The notes under the pieces are model-generated. The model made no database searches and had not been told where the DNA came from. It saw only the letters and a program-made list of their open reading frames with translations. Below, piece after piece: positions 45,196 to 56,463 of a stretch of DNA of 64,000 bases (its first letter is position 1; each line of letters opens with the position of its first letter). The position numbers and the translations under genes were made by a program. Source of the DNA: Utricularia gibba (Eukaryota; Plantae; Magnoliophyta); assembly GCA_002189035.1 (NCBI GenBank), contig NEEC01000009.1, positions 3,389,941 through 3,453,940 on the forward strand, given 5' to 3'.

Positions 45196-45363
45196 ATGGA
45201 TCCCTACGCGGCACGAACTGCGCGGGCTTCGTTCGATCTACCGTTTCAGATTTCGAGTATTCTGGAAACGGACCTCGATCGCCACACGTTTTCGATTCTA
45301 ATTGGCCAATGTGAAATGTGAGTCACCCCAAAATCTCTCAGCGCCGAAGAAACAGCTGTGTAG
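45196..45363 (+). pseudogene. MZT1/GIP (gamma-tubulin complex, MOZART1) degenerate copy
   Basis: MDPYAARTARASFDLPFQISSILETDLDRHTFSILIGQCEM*VTPKSLSAEETAV* aligns by eye with recalled GIP1 (..SRTARESLELVFRMSNILDTGLDRHTLSVLIALCDLGVNPEAL..). In-frame TGA at 45319-45321 replaces Gly, and the C-terminal helix is truncated. Confidence 0.7.
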
Positions 45364-45982
45364 TTAGTGGTTTTCAAGCGCCGCTTTTGAAATTTCAAGG
45401 ACTACGGAGCTGATTCTGAATGCTTTTGTTCTGGAGAAAAAAATAAGCATTTGGAAATGTTACGATGCGGAATATATATCGGAAAAGTGATGTGCGTTTT
45501 TATGATGTTCGAACGTGGACTGGATAAGCCAGCGAAGCCACAGGACTCTCCTCAGTCTAGAGGAATGGGAGTATGATGGATGAGTAACTCTCCACCACCA
45601 ACTTATACGGGCTATTTCTGGGCCACTCTCCACCACGGCCCCGGTGCATATATTTTGATTGTACGCCAAAGGTAAAAGCTTGAAGTTGGAAGCTGGCAAC
45701 AATCCGGTTTCCAGAAAAGCAGAAACACATTGATTGAAAGATTCTACAACTGAGATGATTCTATCGCATCACACCATGGCATTCATCTATTGTCTATCAG
45801 GGGGATGAACGATTCTAATCAAAGACAACTAGGGACGCTGCGGGTGGGTATGCCCCATTCGTTCACGGACGTGCATGATTGCACGCCAATGAAATTGAGG
45901 ATAAGCAGATTACATGGCTGGAGCTGCTGCTACAAGATTAGAAAGTAGTAAGCTGTGATGGGAAAAACTCATCTCGGGTAGG

Positions 45983-46304
45983 CTAGAGCTGGCGGTTGCA
46001 GGGCGTGGACTTGGACTGGTCCAAAATGGACACATCACCTGGACATCCTCGTACCCGCAGTTCATCACCTCTCCCTGAAGGTCTGCGACGCCTTCTTTTC
46101 TTGCTGTAGAGAAGAACTCATCAGAACACAATGACGATGATAGTTGGTAAAATGAGGAAAAGGATTAATTAATTTCGCATTACCATGCTTGGATGTTTTC
46201 TTGGCCTTCTTGGGCTTCGGCAAAGTGCGAGCTTTATTGAAAGGGGTAGCGATGGAACGAAGCCAGTTCGATCCTCCTACCGCTGCGGCTGCTGTCCCAC
46301 TCAT
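45983..46304 (-). CDS. Small conserved plant protein of unknown function (CxYEDVQVMW family), 2 exons (intron 46104-46183); -1 frameshift at ~46031
   Basis: MSGTAAAAVGGSNWLRSIATPFNKARTLPKPKKAKKTSKH|ARKEGVADLQGEVMNCGYEDVQVM, then with one G restored WSILDQSKSTPCNRQL*. Start ATG could be 46313 or 46388. Confidence 0.7.
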
Positions 46305-47136
46305 TCTTTGCATTGGAGCAAGCCCTGCTTTTGCCGTTGAGGAATTTGTCAACCCTTTAAAATGTTGCACAAGCGCCGACCGACCCATTGAATAGAATTC
46401 CAACGTAATTAATTAACGTAAGCCCGAGGAAGAGGAAGGCGGTGGATCTATCGCCCTTTTTTTCTTTTTCTTTTATGTTTCCTATAAATCTTCGTTTGGT
46501 AAGCTCAGCAGGAAAGAGCGAACTATGTCTCTTCGGCTTCTTTCTTCACATACACATGCTAGTTAGTTATGATCAGGTAGGTAGATACAGTTTGATAAAA
46601 TATTTTAATGTATTTAATATTAAATCTAAATGAGACAATCTATGCAAAAATGATTAATTTAATAATTTATGATTGTGTTTCGTAAAAAAATTTATTTGAA
46701 AATGTATTATTTATCATAAAACTTTATGTTTTATAGTACATAAAGTTTTTTTTTAAAAAATGATTAGATGTATAATCTATAATATTAAATACAACTACTC
46801 ATCAAATATGTGATTACTAAATATTATTTAACATAAAATAATATTTCAGATTCTACGAAACGAGCCTACGGTTCTTCACTTGCTTGACATGTCTAGGAGA
46901 TCAAACTTCCAGATGCTTACTCCTGATATTTCGATTTTCAACTAATAAAATCTCCTAACAGGCTTCAAAGTTGTCATCTCATTAGACTAGAGATACGGAA
47001 ATATATACAAATATAGAAAATGCCAATCTTACTTTGAGAAAGAATATAAACACACGAACAAATAAGGAAGTTGATGGATACACAAACATTCAGATGAGAA
47101 ACAGAGAAGATTCAGACCACTGCATTGTCTGCATGA

Positions 47137-48000
47137 TTAACATTGAAAAGGCCAGTGAGAGTAATTGGAGAAGTCCTCCTCCAGATGAGAATGTGATTCC
47201 ACTGTTGTATTGGTGCTCGAAGCAGAGCCAGGTGAACGAAACGGCCACAAGAAAGACCACCTTCTTCGCCTGCTCCTGTTTTGCTCCATTGAGTTGTTTC
47301 GTGTATCGTTGCCATCTGTTAGCTGCTGGTCTGTTAGCTCACGGCGACAAATCGGGCATGATCTCTGCTGCTCCAGCCAAGGCACAATGCAATCTGAATG
47401 GTATAAATGCTTACATGGGAGCTTTCTTGCTTGAGACCCCAGGTCAAAAAGGTCCTTGCAAACAGCACACATTGTGTCAGCACGAACGTGCTTCTTAGAA
47501 ATTTTGATGGTGGGCAATGCACGGATCAAGGATATTGAAGCAGGGGGTGGCACACGCTGATCATTAGTGACATGCTCAAAAAACTCTTCCACCCCTGGTC
47601 CAATGAAATAATCTCCCCCATTATCTCGCCTGAATCCAAGGCTTTCGTTGAGAAACTCCAGGAGTCCACCAGATCCAGGCATTCTTACAGGCATATCTCC
47701 GCTAAAAACCAAGTAAGAATCCCAAGAGTGACCGTTTTGCGTAGATATCCTGTTGGCATCAGATGCATCATTTCTAACAGCCACATGCTGCCTGAGAAAA
47801 TTAGACACAGTTTGCATGAACCTCGGTCTCTGGGTCAGCTCTTCGGCACTCATTGTATCATTCATGCTAAATGCATGGTCTAGTTCTTGAACAAAGCCTC
47901 CTCCACAGTTTGAGCACTCTGCTACATATCGCCTCCAGAGGGTTACGGGCTCCCCACAGTTATAGCACCAATGAGTAGTACCTCCGGCGGTCGTAGACAT
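47137..48000 (-). CDS. RING-H2 E3 ubiquitin ligase with N-terminal zinc ribbon, RZF1-like
   Basis: HWCYNC...CSNCGGGFVQEL, GDYFIGPGVEEFFE, PPPAS...ALPTIKI, CAVCKD...LPCKHLYHSDCIVPWL....CPICR, WSFLWPFRS, HWPF. Single exon. Confidence 0.9.
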   Translation of the reverse strand: MSTTAGGTTHWCYNCGEPVTLWRRYVAECSNCGGGFVQELDHAFSMNDTMSAEELTQRPRFMQTVSNFLRQHVAVRNDASDANRISTQNGHSWDSYLVFSGDMPVRMPGSGGLLEFLNESLGFRRDNGGDYFIGPGVEEFFEHVTNDQRVPPPASISLIRALPTIKISKKHVRADTMCAVCKDLFDLGSQARKLPCKHLYHSDCIVPWLEQQRSCPICRRELTDQQLTDGNDTRNNSMEQNRSRRRRWSFLWPFRSPGSASSTNTTVESHSHLEEDFSNYSHWPFQC

Positions 48001-49086
48001 CTGAGATCTCTTTATTCTAATCACGAGATAGCAGAACAAGCAAGCTGAATTTTGTCACCGTGGAAGGCATCCTGTTGATGGTTTGAACAAGTGAGTGATA
48101 ACAACAAATATCAAGTCTTTGAAGCTCCTAAGTTTTGTTTTCAGGGCTTTCACTTGTACGCAAAAACAAGAGTTAAAACCCCCACTGAAAATCCACAGCA
48201 GCGGAGAGAATCATATGATGCTATGTTGCTCAAATTACAAATAACATGAAGCTGCACTGCAAATCAAAACTGGCTCAATAAAAAAACAAGGGGATTGGAA
48301 AAACAGCGAAAGACTAATGAAAAAAAAGGCATGGGATGCCGGCCATTGTAAATCTAGGTAGAAAAGAGAAAACAATAGCGCATTTGGATGGATAGACGAG
48401 ACCAAGGAACAACATCGCAGGATCCGAAAATTCTAATAAGACCCAAAATTTTTAAAAGCATAGCAAAAACAAAAAGAAAAAAAATGACAATCATCATCCA
48501 GCGTAGATTAGCCCAGGGGCGAAATGCGGCTAAAGATCCATCCAGCAAGAGGGAAGGAGTAGGGTAATCAAGGTATGAATCAGAAAAGAGAAGAGCTAAC
48601 CTTTGCACAGCGAAGCGGAAGAAAGGCCCCGATTGATGGGGTTACTTAGAAACAGAATGACTAGTTGAGCATGTATAAAGACAGAGTAACAGGGAAAAGC
48701 AGGCATCTTTTTAGGAATGGGAGCTAAAACATCTACGCAAGTACGTGTCTATCTGGCAATCTGTCACTTGCGGGATTGGGCTTGTATTCAACCAAGTCTG
48801 AAATTTTCTTCAATATTTGTGTGAAAGCCATCATCTGAATGGAAAATTTCCTGTCAAATGTGATCAATTTGCCAATCCATTTCATCATTCCGATCAAACC
48901 CTCGGCTTTAACGAAAGCTTCTTATTAAAACCCCCAATAAACTAGACCGAGCCACCGTTAGTCTCCACAGATTACCAAGTTTTACTACATCCTTGTTCAT
49001 AAATTTCTCATTCATTTGACACAACGACAGCATCACGGATGCATGATGCAGCACTACCATCCTGAGATAGGTCCCGCAGGCACTCG

Positions 49087-51086
49087 TCATTGTGGAGCCG
49101 CACCACCCCCACCCCCTCCAAAGTGCTTTTGGATATCGCTGAAGGATACCGTGGCAGAGCCTCGTGCCTTCGCACGTTGCTGGGATTGATGCTCACGCCA
49201 TCCGGTCATGTAGATCACCTGAAAATGAGCTCCAACTCCAAGAGATCACACATTACATACCATCAGAAGCGACGGAGAATAAATAACACCTGGAATGTTA
49301 ACGGTACAGTGCCATCTTCTTCAGCAAACATCGACTCATAAACAGCTGCAGTGGCTAAGGCAGTTTCTCGATTCAAAATCTGATAGCAGTATTAACAACG
49401 AGTTTCATTGAGAATAACGGAAGTCGTCTAAAAGTTACATGTTTTTCCAGAAAAAAAATTTTGAATGCTGTGGGACAAATGGACACACGGAGAACACTTA
49501 CTCTGCTTCTTTGCAGTAAAGCATTTGTTTCACCCATAGCCCGCAAATGTTCGATCACCTCAAGAGCTACCTTGATGAATGATGAATGCATTCAAAAGCA
49601 GCACACACGTAAAGATTGATCTATGTCCACCTACAAAAAGAAAATCTATGGGAAGATTTGCGTACCGCTATTGTATCTAACTGTATATTCATCAACATCA
49701 ACTCCGGGAAGAGAGAAGCCAGCTCTCGTCAACAGGTTCCCAGCATCACGCACCTTTAAAAATAATTGATCGTGGTTCTGAGGTTTCAAAAACACCCGGT
49801 GCAGCTGCAAAAACTATAGGATTATAACCACCTGTGCCAATGGAGACATCCTGGGGCTAATGCCTCCTTCACGTTCCATTTGTGCTACCGTGCATGCTAT
49901 CCTCAGTTCCCTAAAAGACATAACGCGAGGATTATAAAAATCGTTCACGTTCCATCAAAACAATAAAATTCAAAGATCTTGCCTTAAAGTTTCTCCACCA
50001 AGAATAGAAGCCAAGAAAAGTCCGTCCGGTTTCAAGGCCAACCTGCTCTGCCAAAAACAGATGCTTTTTTTGAGTAAACAAAAAAGACAAGGATATAAAA
50101 AAGATTGTCAAATATGGTTTTTGTGAGTGTGAGCAGCTGAAGACGAGATACCTGTATCAGTACTCCAGGAAGATCATTAGCCCAGTGGAGTCCCAAGCTA
50201 CTAATAATCAGATCCACAGAGCTAGACAGCGATAAAACTAAATATCAAGCAATTCAGGATTGTGTTTGTTCCATTAATACACAATTTTATACCCTTCTTT
50301 TACAGGCAAAAACTCCTCATCTGCAACTAGAAATAACATCTCAATATCTTTGGTTGGCGATTCTAGCTCAGCCTTTTCACATAATTTCACCATGTCATGT
50401 GAAGAATCCATCATTATGAGCCTTTCAATGCCACCTGGAAGTTGAGAGGGATCGAGGACGGTAAATAAACATGGATGTCCTTTGATCTTACATTAGTGGA
50501 AGGACTAATGCCCTCTATGATATCCAGGCAACATTGCATTAGCCTTATTCAACTCATTTTAACTCTTACCACGTCCACGCAATAGGCGTCTAATTGGTTC
50601 CGAAGAACCCCCAAGCAGAGTGTTGTAGGAAAAGTCTTTTTACAATCCTACAAAAATACGACACCAAGGAGTATCGCCAAATGGTTGAATGAACAATTTT
50701 TTTTTACATATATTTTGGAGCGCATAAACTAGTGAGATAGCGAATGACCTCTAACCGATCGAGCAAATTTTCGGCTACAGCGTCCAGAAAAGGATCCTTG
50801 GGCCGCATTAGCCACGCAGCTCTGTCCCGCTATAACTCGTCAATCAGAAATTTTTTTTAAAAAAGAAGATTAGTCATCAATCATTCATAGAAGCTCTCAA
50901 TATTTAAAAATCGCTGAAAACAAGAACATTTAGTCGTTGGTTGGAGAAGGGAGCCTGCACCTGCTTGCGCTTGAGATTGCGGTCGAAAATTTTAACTTTG
51001 GAACTATGTTCCGTGCAGAAAAATCTACTCCATGCACCAAAATAACCAATGATATTTCTCTGGCCGACGCCGCCGGCCGATCGCAT
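49087..51086 (-). CDS. NDUFAF5-like SAM-dependent methyltransferase/hydroxylase (complex I assembly; At1g22800-like), 11 exons; -1 frameshift at 50608-50612
   Basis: [13 protein letters not shown]|[46 protein letters not shown]|[19 protein letters not shown]|[22 protein letters not shown]|[15 protein letters not shown]. One GC-AG intron (49911-49982). Confidence 0.9.
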
Positions 51087-51114
51087 CTTCTCTCTTCAGT
51101 TTTCAATTGCTCCC

Positions 51115-51132
51115 AGAGAGAGAGAGAGAGAG
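51115..51132 (+). repeat. (AG)9 microsatellite upstream of the NDUFAF5-like ATG
   Basis: agagagagagagagagag read directly. Confidence 0.9.
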
Positions 51133-51889
51133 TGAGAGCAACTCTCAGCATCAGAGCGATGTATAATTGGGCCTGACTCCCACCATGTTTCCGTGGATCT
51201 CATGGGCGTCTGATTAATTATCTAGCCCATCATCAAGCAATCCAACCCAACGAATCCCTTGGGGCCATTTGAACACAGCACGAGTCCATGATGAATAAAG
51301 AACATTATTTTTTATTTATTTATTTTTGTTCTTTTTATCTGTGCCTTCATACCACGACACATCCCCTCTGTAACTGCAGCTGTCTAAGAAAAATGCATTT
51401 GAATCGGGAAATGTGACCTATGTGTTGCTTGCTTCACTTTCCCACACTCCATTCCAGGCAAGCAGTCCCATTCTCGAGTGATTGCCCGTGAGGAAAGTTG
51501 GCATACAAAACACATGACTATTAAGCTAAGAAATAATAATGTTGAGCAAGCCACATCAATCACTCATAGCAGGTGGGATGCAGGTGTTACTGTGTTAGTT
51601 CATCACATTAAAACCAAGACGGCCTCACTGTTCTATTAGAGAAACCACTCCGCTGTTGGCCACTCAATCAGATGGCTATGATTTATTCACGAGCTACTTT
51701 TCCAATCGAAAGAAAATCCTGCAACTTTTGGAATGCCTCGAAGGTGTTGTTTATTCAAAGGCACACGCAAAGTGAACCTACAACCAAGCCTTTGATGAAG
51801 GCTGCACCCTATAGCAGACCGTTTGATAGGGAGTGGGCGTATCAGTTGAGTACCTGAAAACTTATGCCCCAAACAAATAAGCTAAATTT

Positions 51890-53116
51890 TCATTCCGATT
51901 TCTCAAACATCAATTTTGAGGCCGTCTCTTTCGGTACCAAGAGGTCTTGTTTCATAAGATGCATCATCAGTTTGAATAACTTAACTGCAGCCAAGGTGGC
52001 CATAACCGGTGCAAGCCAATAAACGATTAAATGTTCCTCTGTAATATGTTCTGCATTTGCGAAAGCCCACCCCATTACCTGCGATGCAACAAATCGAGCA
52101 ACCTTGATCAATTCCATGAACAAACAATAAAAAAACATGGAAGAAAGAGATACTAACAGAAGCCGGATTCATGCATCCACCAGTTAGATCAGAGCCAAGA
52201 ATATGAAGTGCAAGCTTGGAGACACTAGAAATCCATGTTTTCATGATGAATTTGTGCCCAATCTTTTCTGTCAGCCCGAGTGAAATGATGACAATCACAA
52301 ACGTCAGAAGGCCTTCGGTGAATGCGCCCTTAGCAATGCTGACTGTGAGGCGAGGTCCCCGTCCAATTCCGTGGAAGGTATCCAGAATGAGCTTGACACC
52401 ATAAACTGATCCCACCACCTACGAAAGAAATGATACTCAGATAAATCAAAAGCATCAACACGCATGCATTTTGCAACCTACAATGACGTTGCGCTTGACT
52501 ATTATGGGTGAAATCAAGATAAACAAATGCCTATCTATTACTGTCAAAACGCACCTCTTCTAAACCCATTCAGCCGGCTGTTCACAAATCAAAAATGCAG
52601 GGAAGAACTGGATAAGTAGAAAAAAAATTGCTTCCTAAACCACTACAATTTTTTTTTTAAAAAAAACTACGTATTCTTGATCTATATCACAACTTTCCCA
52701 AAAACTTAATTAGTGTTTAACAAATAGCCACAAGAATCATAGAGAATCTACGTCCGTATTAAATCGCCAACAAAAGTAGCGTCTTTGAGCCTGATAAACA
52801 AAACCGCAAACAGGTACCTGGGATGGAATTCTGGCTCCAACGATGAATATGAAATTAGAAAAGTCCCCGAAAACGCATCGGCCAGTATAGTAAGCGGGTT
52901 GTAGGAGCCGCCTTTGGTGATCTTGCCCATGAAGGCGAAGAAGAACATGTTGATGATCGAAGCAGCATACCTCAAAATTTCGCCTTCCACCGAATGGGCA
53001 TCATATTCCATGATTCTGTGCACGAAAATCTTGACGAGAACGCTCGACCAAACCCACATAAATGACATCACGAAATCCGCAGCCAACAAGCGTCGTTCCC
53101 GCCCTCCAGTCCCCAT
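51890..53116 (-). CDS. SIP2;1: Aquaporin SIP2;1, 3 exons; -1 frameshift at 52865-52868
   Basis: DFVMSFMWVWSSVLV, KGGSYNPLT (NPL), GPRLTV, TEGLLTF, LGSDLTGGCMNPAS (NPA), VMGWAFA..EHITEEHLIVYW, C-terminal KSE*. Confidence 0.92.
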
Positions 53117-54330
53117 TTTTGTGATCTGGCAAGGGAGACACTTCACACGAGCAAGGATGACTATATTCTATGTGCTTGATCTGTTAATTTCCGTACACCC
53201 TTTCTGCGGAAGGTTTTCCAGAGGATCGGAGTTCAATACCACACGAAAGTCACCCTTTCTGTAGGCAGTTATTCGTTATTTTGACACCTTTATTAATTAG
53301 AACGATGAAACGACGCCGTTGTGAAACATTGGCATACCCTCTTCGTTCTTGAACCTCGCACTCTCACATTTTCCTTTTTCTTAGCCCTATTTCCTCAGAG
53401 ACTGGTTTCCCTTGTGTAACATGGGATGTTTGGAATTTGATGGATTGATATATTGACGTTTTTCGTTGAACCCTTCGCTATAATTTTCATGCTTCTTTGG
53501 TGGTATTAATTTGTGTTTAGGTCAATAATTTGTGAAGTTTCGCTTCCTGAACACTGGCGTCTCCTCTAAACTTGAAACGGTGTTTCATATTGCACATTAA
53601 ACATTTTGAAGAGTTTTGAATTTTCAATGTAAAACTTCAGAAGTGCCGCGCCTGAGCTTTCTGAAAAGTTGTCATTGTCAATGTGCGTGTCCCATTTTTT
53701 TGAGTAGCTATGCTGGTGCACCAAGGTTCCGAGCCAAGAAAAGGGCAGAGATAGGGAAAATAAATGGCATAAAATGATAGGTTCACGGTGAAGATATTAT
53801 GAACCCTAGTAATTTGGATAGGATGGTGGATTTTTCACCACTGTTAGAGAACTCTTGTTCTCCATTTAGTATAGTTTCATCTCGGTGTTGTGTCTTTACC
53901 TGTAGGGTGTGATCCTCTTCAGAAGATGTGTTTCCTTAACCATCTAGAGTTCTTATATCTTTCATGAGTGGTGCGTGCTTCTTCCTTTCCCAATATGTGG
54001 ATTTCTTCATTGTTTAATACGGCTCGTGTTGCCTCCAAGCATGTCTTTGAACACAAGCGTCTGGATCATGGCTTGTCGTAGCATGGACATGGAGAGATTG
54101 CATTTAGTTAATTATTGGTGCTCAAATGTCTGAATATAAGCTGTGTGGCGGTGTTTCAATTTCCTTCATCAGGCTGGATGGTGTGATTCCTCAAGAGGCT
54201 TGTCTAATATGCATATGCTCAAAATTATATACTTTTTAGTGGTTGGTCTGTCAACTGTGTGCTATCATCAGAAAACATGAGAATTTCTTAATGCTCTCAT
54301 TCGTTCAGCTGCAGGGTTTGTGCAAATGAA

Positions 54331-54522
54331 ATGACTGGCTCTAGCGTTGCTCATGCGACATTGAAAGGACCAAGCGTGGTGAAGGAGATTATTATCGGGA
54401 TAACTCTTGGCATTGCTGCAGGAAGTGTGTGGAAGATGTACCATTAGAATCTGCAAGGGAAAGCCAAGGAATTTTACGATATGTATGACAAGGGTGAAAT
54501 CTCTGTGGTTGCTGCAGAGTAA
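54331..54522 (+). pseudogene. COX5C: Cytochrome c oxidase subunit 5C with premature TAG (codon 39): pseudogene or null allele
   Basis: MTGSSVAHATLKGPSVVKEIIIGITLGIAAGSVWKMYH*NLQGKAKEFYDMYDKGEISVVAAE*. TAG 54445-54447 replaces the Trp of recalled KMHHWN. Splice acceptor just upstream (~54314) fits the COX5C leader intron. Confidence 0.88.
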
Positions 54523-54956
54523 GCATTCTGCACCTGCTGTTATTTTTTTTCCCCGCTCCCTTCAAATAATGGGATTCTTCTGTTATGCCAAGGGCACGCC
54601 GAACTGCACCTCTGGTTGTTTAACTTGATGAATGACATAAAATGTACGGGTTGAACTACAGTGGCAAAATAATCCCTCCTTGGATGTTGAATTGATTTCG
54701 TCCTAGCAAATGCTTGTGCCAAATAATGTTATTGAAATTTCGGGTATGCTCTCGTGTTCAACTTCACAATGCATCTATCTAGTTTTTGGAAGAAAACAAC
54801 GACCCAAAATATTAATTAGGTGAATGCGTAAAATCGTTGGGTGCGCCAGCATTTTGGACTACCAAGGGGGCGGCCCGTATCCGGAGGCTGCGAGTGCTCG
54901 CCTACCCATTCATTTTTGTCCCACCAAACCAACCACAATCAAACACTGAATCTTCA

Positions 54957-55815
54957 ATGGCTTCGTGGGAAACTCTGGAAGCGGCGATCAACCATTACAC
55001 GGGCCTTTCCCCGGCGGCGCTTTTCACCATCCTGGCGCTGATGTTCGCCACGTACAAGTTAGTAGGCGGCATGTTCGTTGCGGAGGCTGATTCCGCCGTC
55101 GTAAAAAATGTCAATGAATTCGTCTTCCGAGAGCCGTTACAGATGGGCGACACCACCGAGGATGAGCTAAGATCTTATGATGGATCCGATCCGAGCAGGC
55201 CTCTGCTAATGGCGATAAAAGGACAAATATACGATGTATCCCGCTCTAGGTAACCTAATTTCAAATTGCATACGCTTTTGGAAACTTTATGCTTACAAAT
55301 CCCGTAAAGTGAGATTTACCGCTTCAAGTTAAGTTATAAATTCCTGTGGAACTTAAAACCGGCTACGAGGCTCAGGGGAATTATGGAGCAGCTGCCGTTG
55401 AGTGTTAACTGACGACTTGGTTAGGGTTTTGGTTAAGTATGCTACTGATACCATAGGTTCGATCACAACTTAGAGCTCTTGCAGCATTCTTTAGTTTGTC
55501 CCTTTATTTGTGGTGGTGAAATATGCTCACATTTACAGGATGTTCTATGGGCCTGGGGGACCGTATGCAATGTTTGCTGGAAGGGATGCAAGCAGAGCTC
55601 TTGCTCTCATGTCATTCGATCCCAAGGACCTCACTGGGAACATCCAAGGTTTGACTTCTTCTGAATTAGAGACGCTGCAAGACTGGGAATACAAGTTCAA
55701 GGAGAAATATGTAAAGGTGGGTCAGATTGTGTCAAATGACTCTACTGCTGCTGAGTCCGAAGTAACTACTGCAACTGAAGGGGACCCAACTAATAAAGGA
55801 AATGAAATGGAGTAG
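54957..55815 (+). CDS. Membrane steroid-binding protein (MAPR/MSBP, cytochrome b5-like heme/steroid-binding domain), 2 exons
   Basis: WETLEAAINHYTGLSPAALFTILA, ELRSYDGSDPSRPLLMAIKGQIYDVSRSR|MFYGPGGPYAMFAGRDASRALA, WEYKFKEKYVKVG. Confidence 0.93.
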
Positions 55816-56463
55816 ATAGAGGGGCATCTTTGAGGAGCAAAAACTTGCCGTAGCCCTACTTGTATTCAAGCAACGGCCCAAGGTACTAGACCTTGGTTGC
55901 CCTGGTGTATCATTTGAATGTTGAACACATGTTGATTGAATTGGCTTATTTTTGCAAGTCCGCAGGGTTCTTCCCACTTTCCCTGGGTACACTCTTCTTT
56001 ACTTTTTCAGTACCATTGTTCATACGAAATTGTTTTTGCATTTAGTCCATCTCTTCCAGGTAAACATTCTCCGCCGTGTTTTCTTAAGAACTTCAATTAG
56101 GGTCAGATGATGTTTACATTCATTTCGATAATCTTCTGTCGCAAGGTGGTCTTTGTTGGGTTCCAAAGCTCGCAACCATAATCCCCATGAGGTCAAGGAT
56201 GAGAAACATCTTGATAGATAAAACGGTCAATTGCTGGAGTAGTTGGTTGCGAATAGGAAAGCCAAGATCGCAAGTTGGGATAACATGAAAAAGCATATTC
56301 GAATTACCATTTTTTAATAGCTAACCTTTGGAACATCAGATCAGACCCCACGATCTCATTTGTAAACCTGGTATCTTTTATTTATCTAAAAAATTAATAT
56401 CAAATATAAGTGATATTTTACATAAAAGCGGGATTTTTACCTAACAAACATCGCCCGTCTCTG

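Noticed and set aside
46490-46868. Very AT-rich stretch with partial inverted ends (TCGTTTGGTA / TACGAAACGA), possibly a MITE
   Set aside because: The inverted match is only ~8-10 bp with no clear target-site duplication, and copy number cannot be shown from one window.
43000-47000. Possible conserved miRNA precursor in the gene-poor-looking interval
   Set aside because: No match to the conserved plant miRNA sequences I recall (miR156-172, 319, 390-408). Most of the interval is explained by the CLE, MZT1 and small-protein loci.
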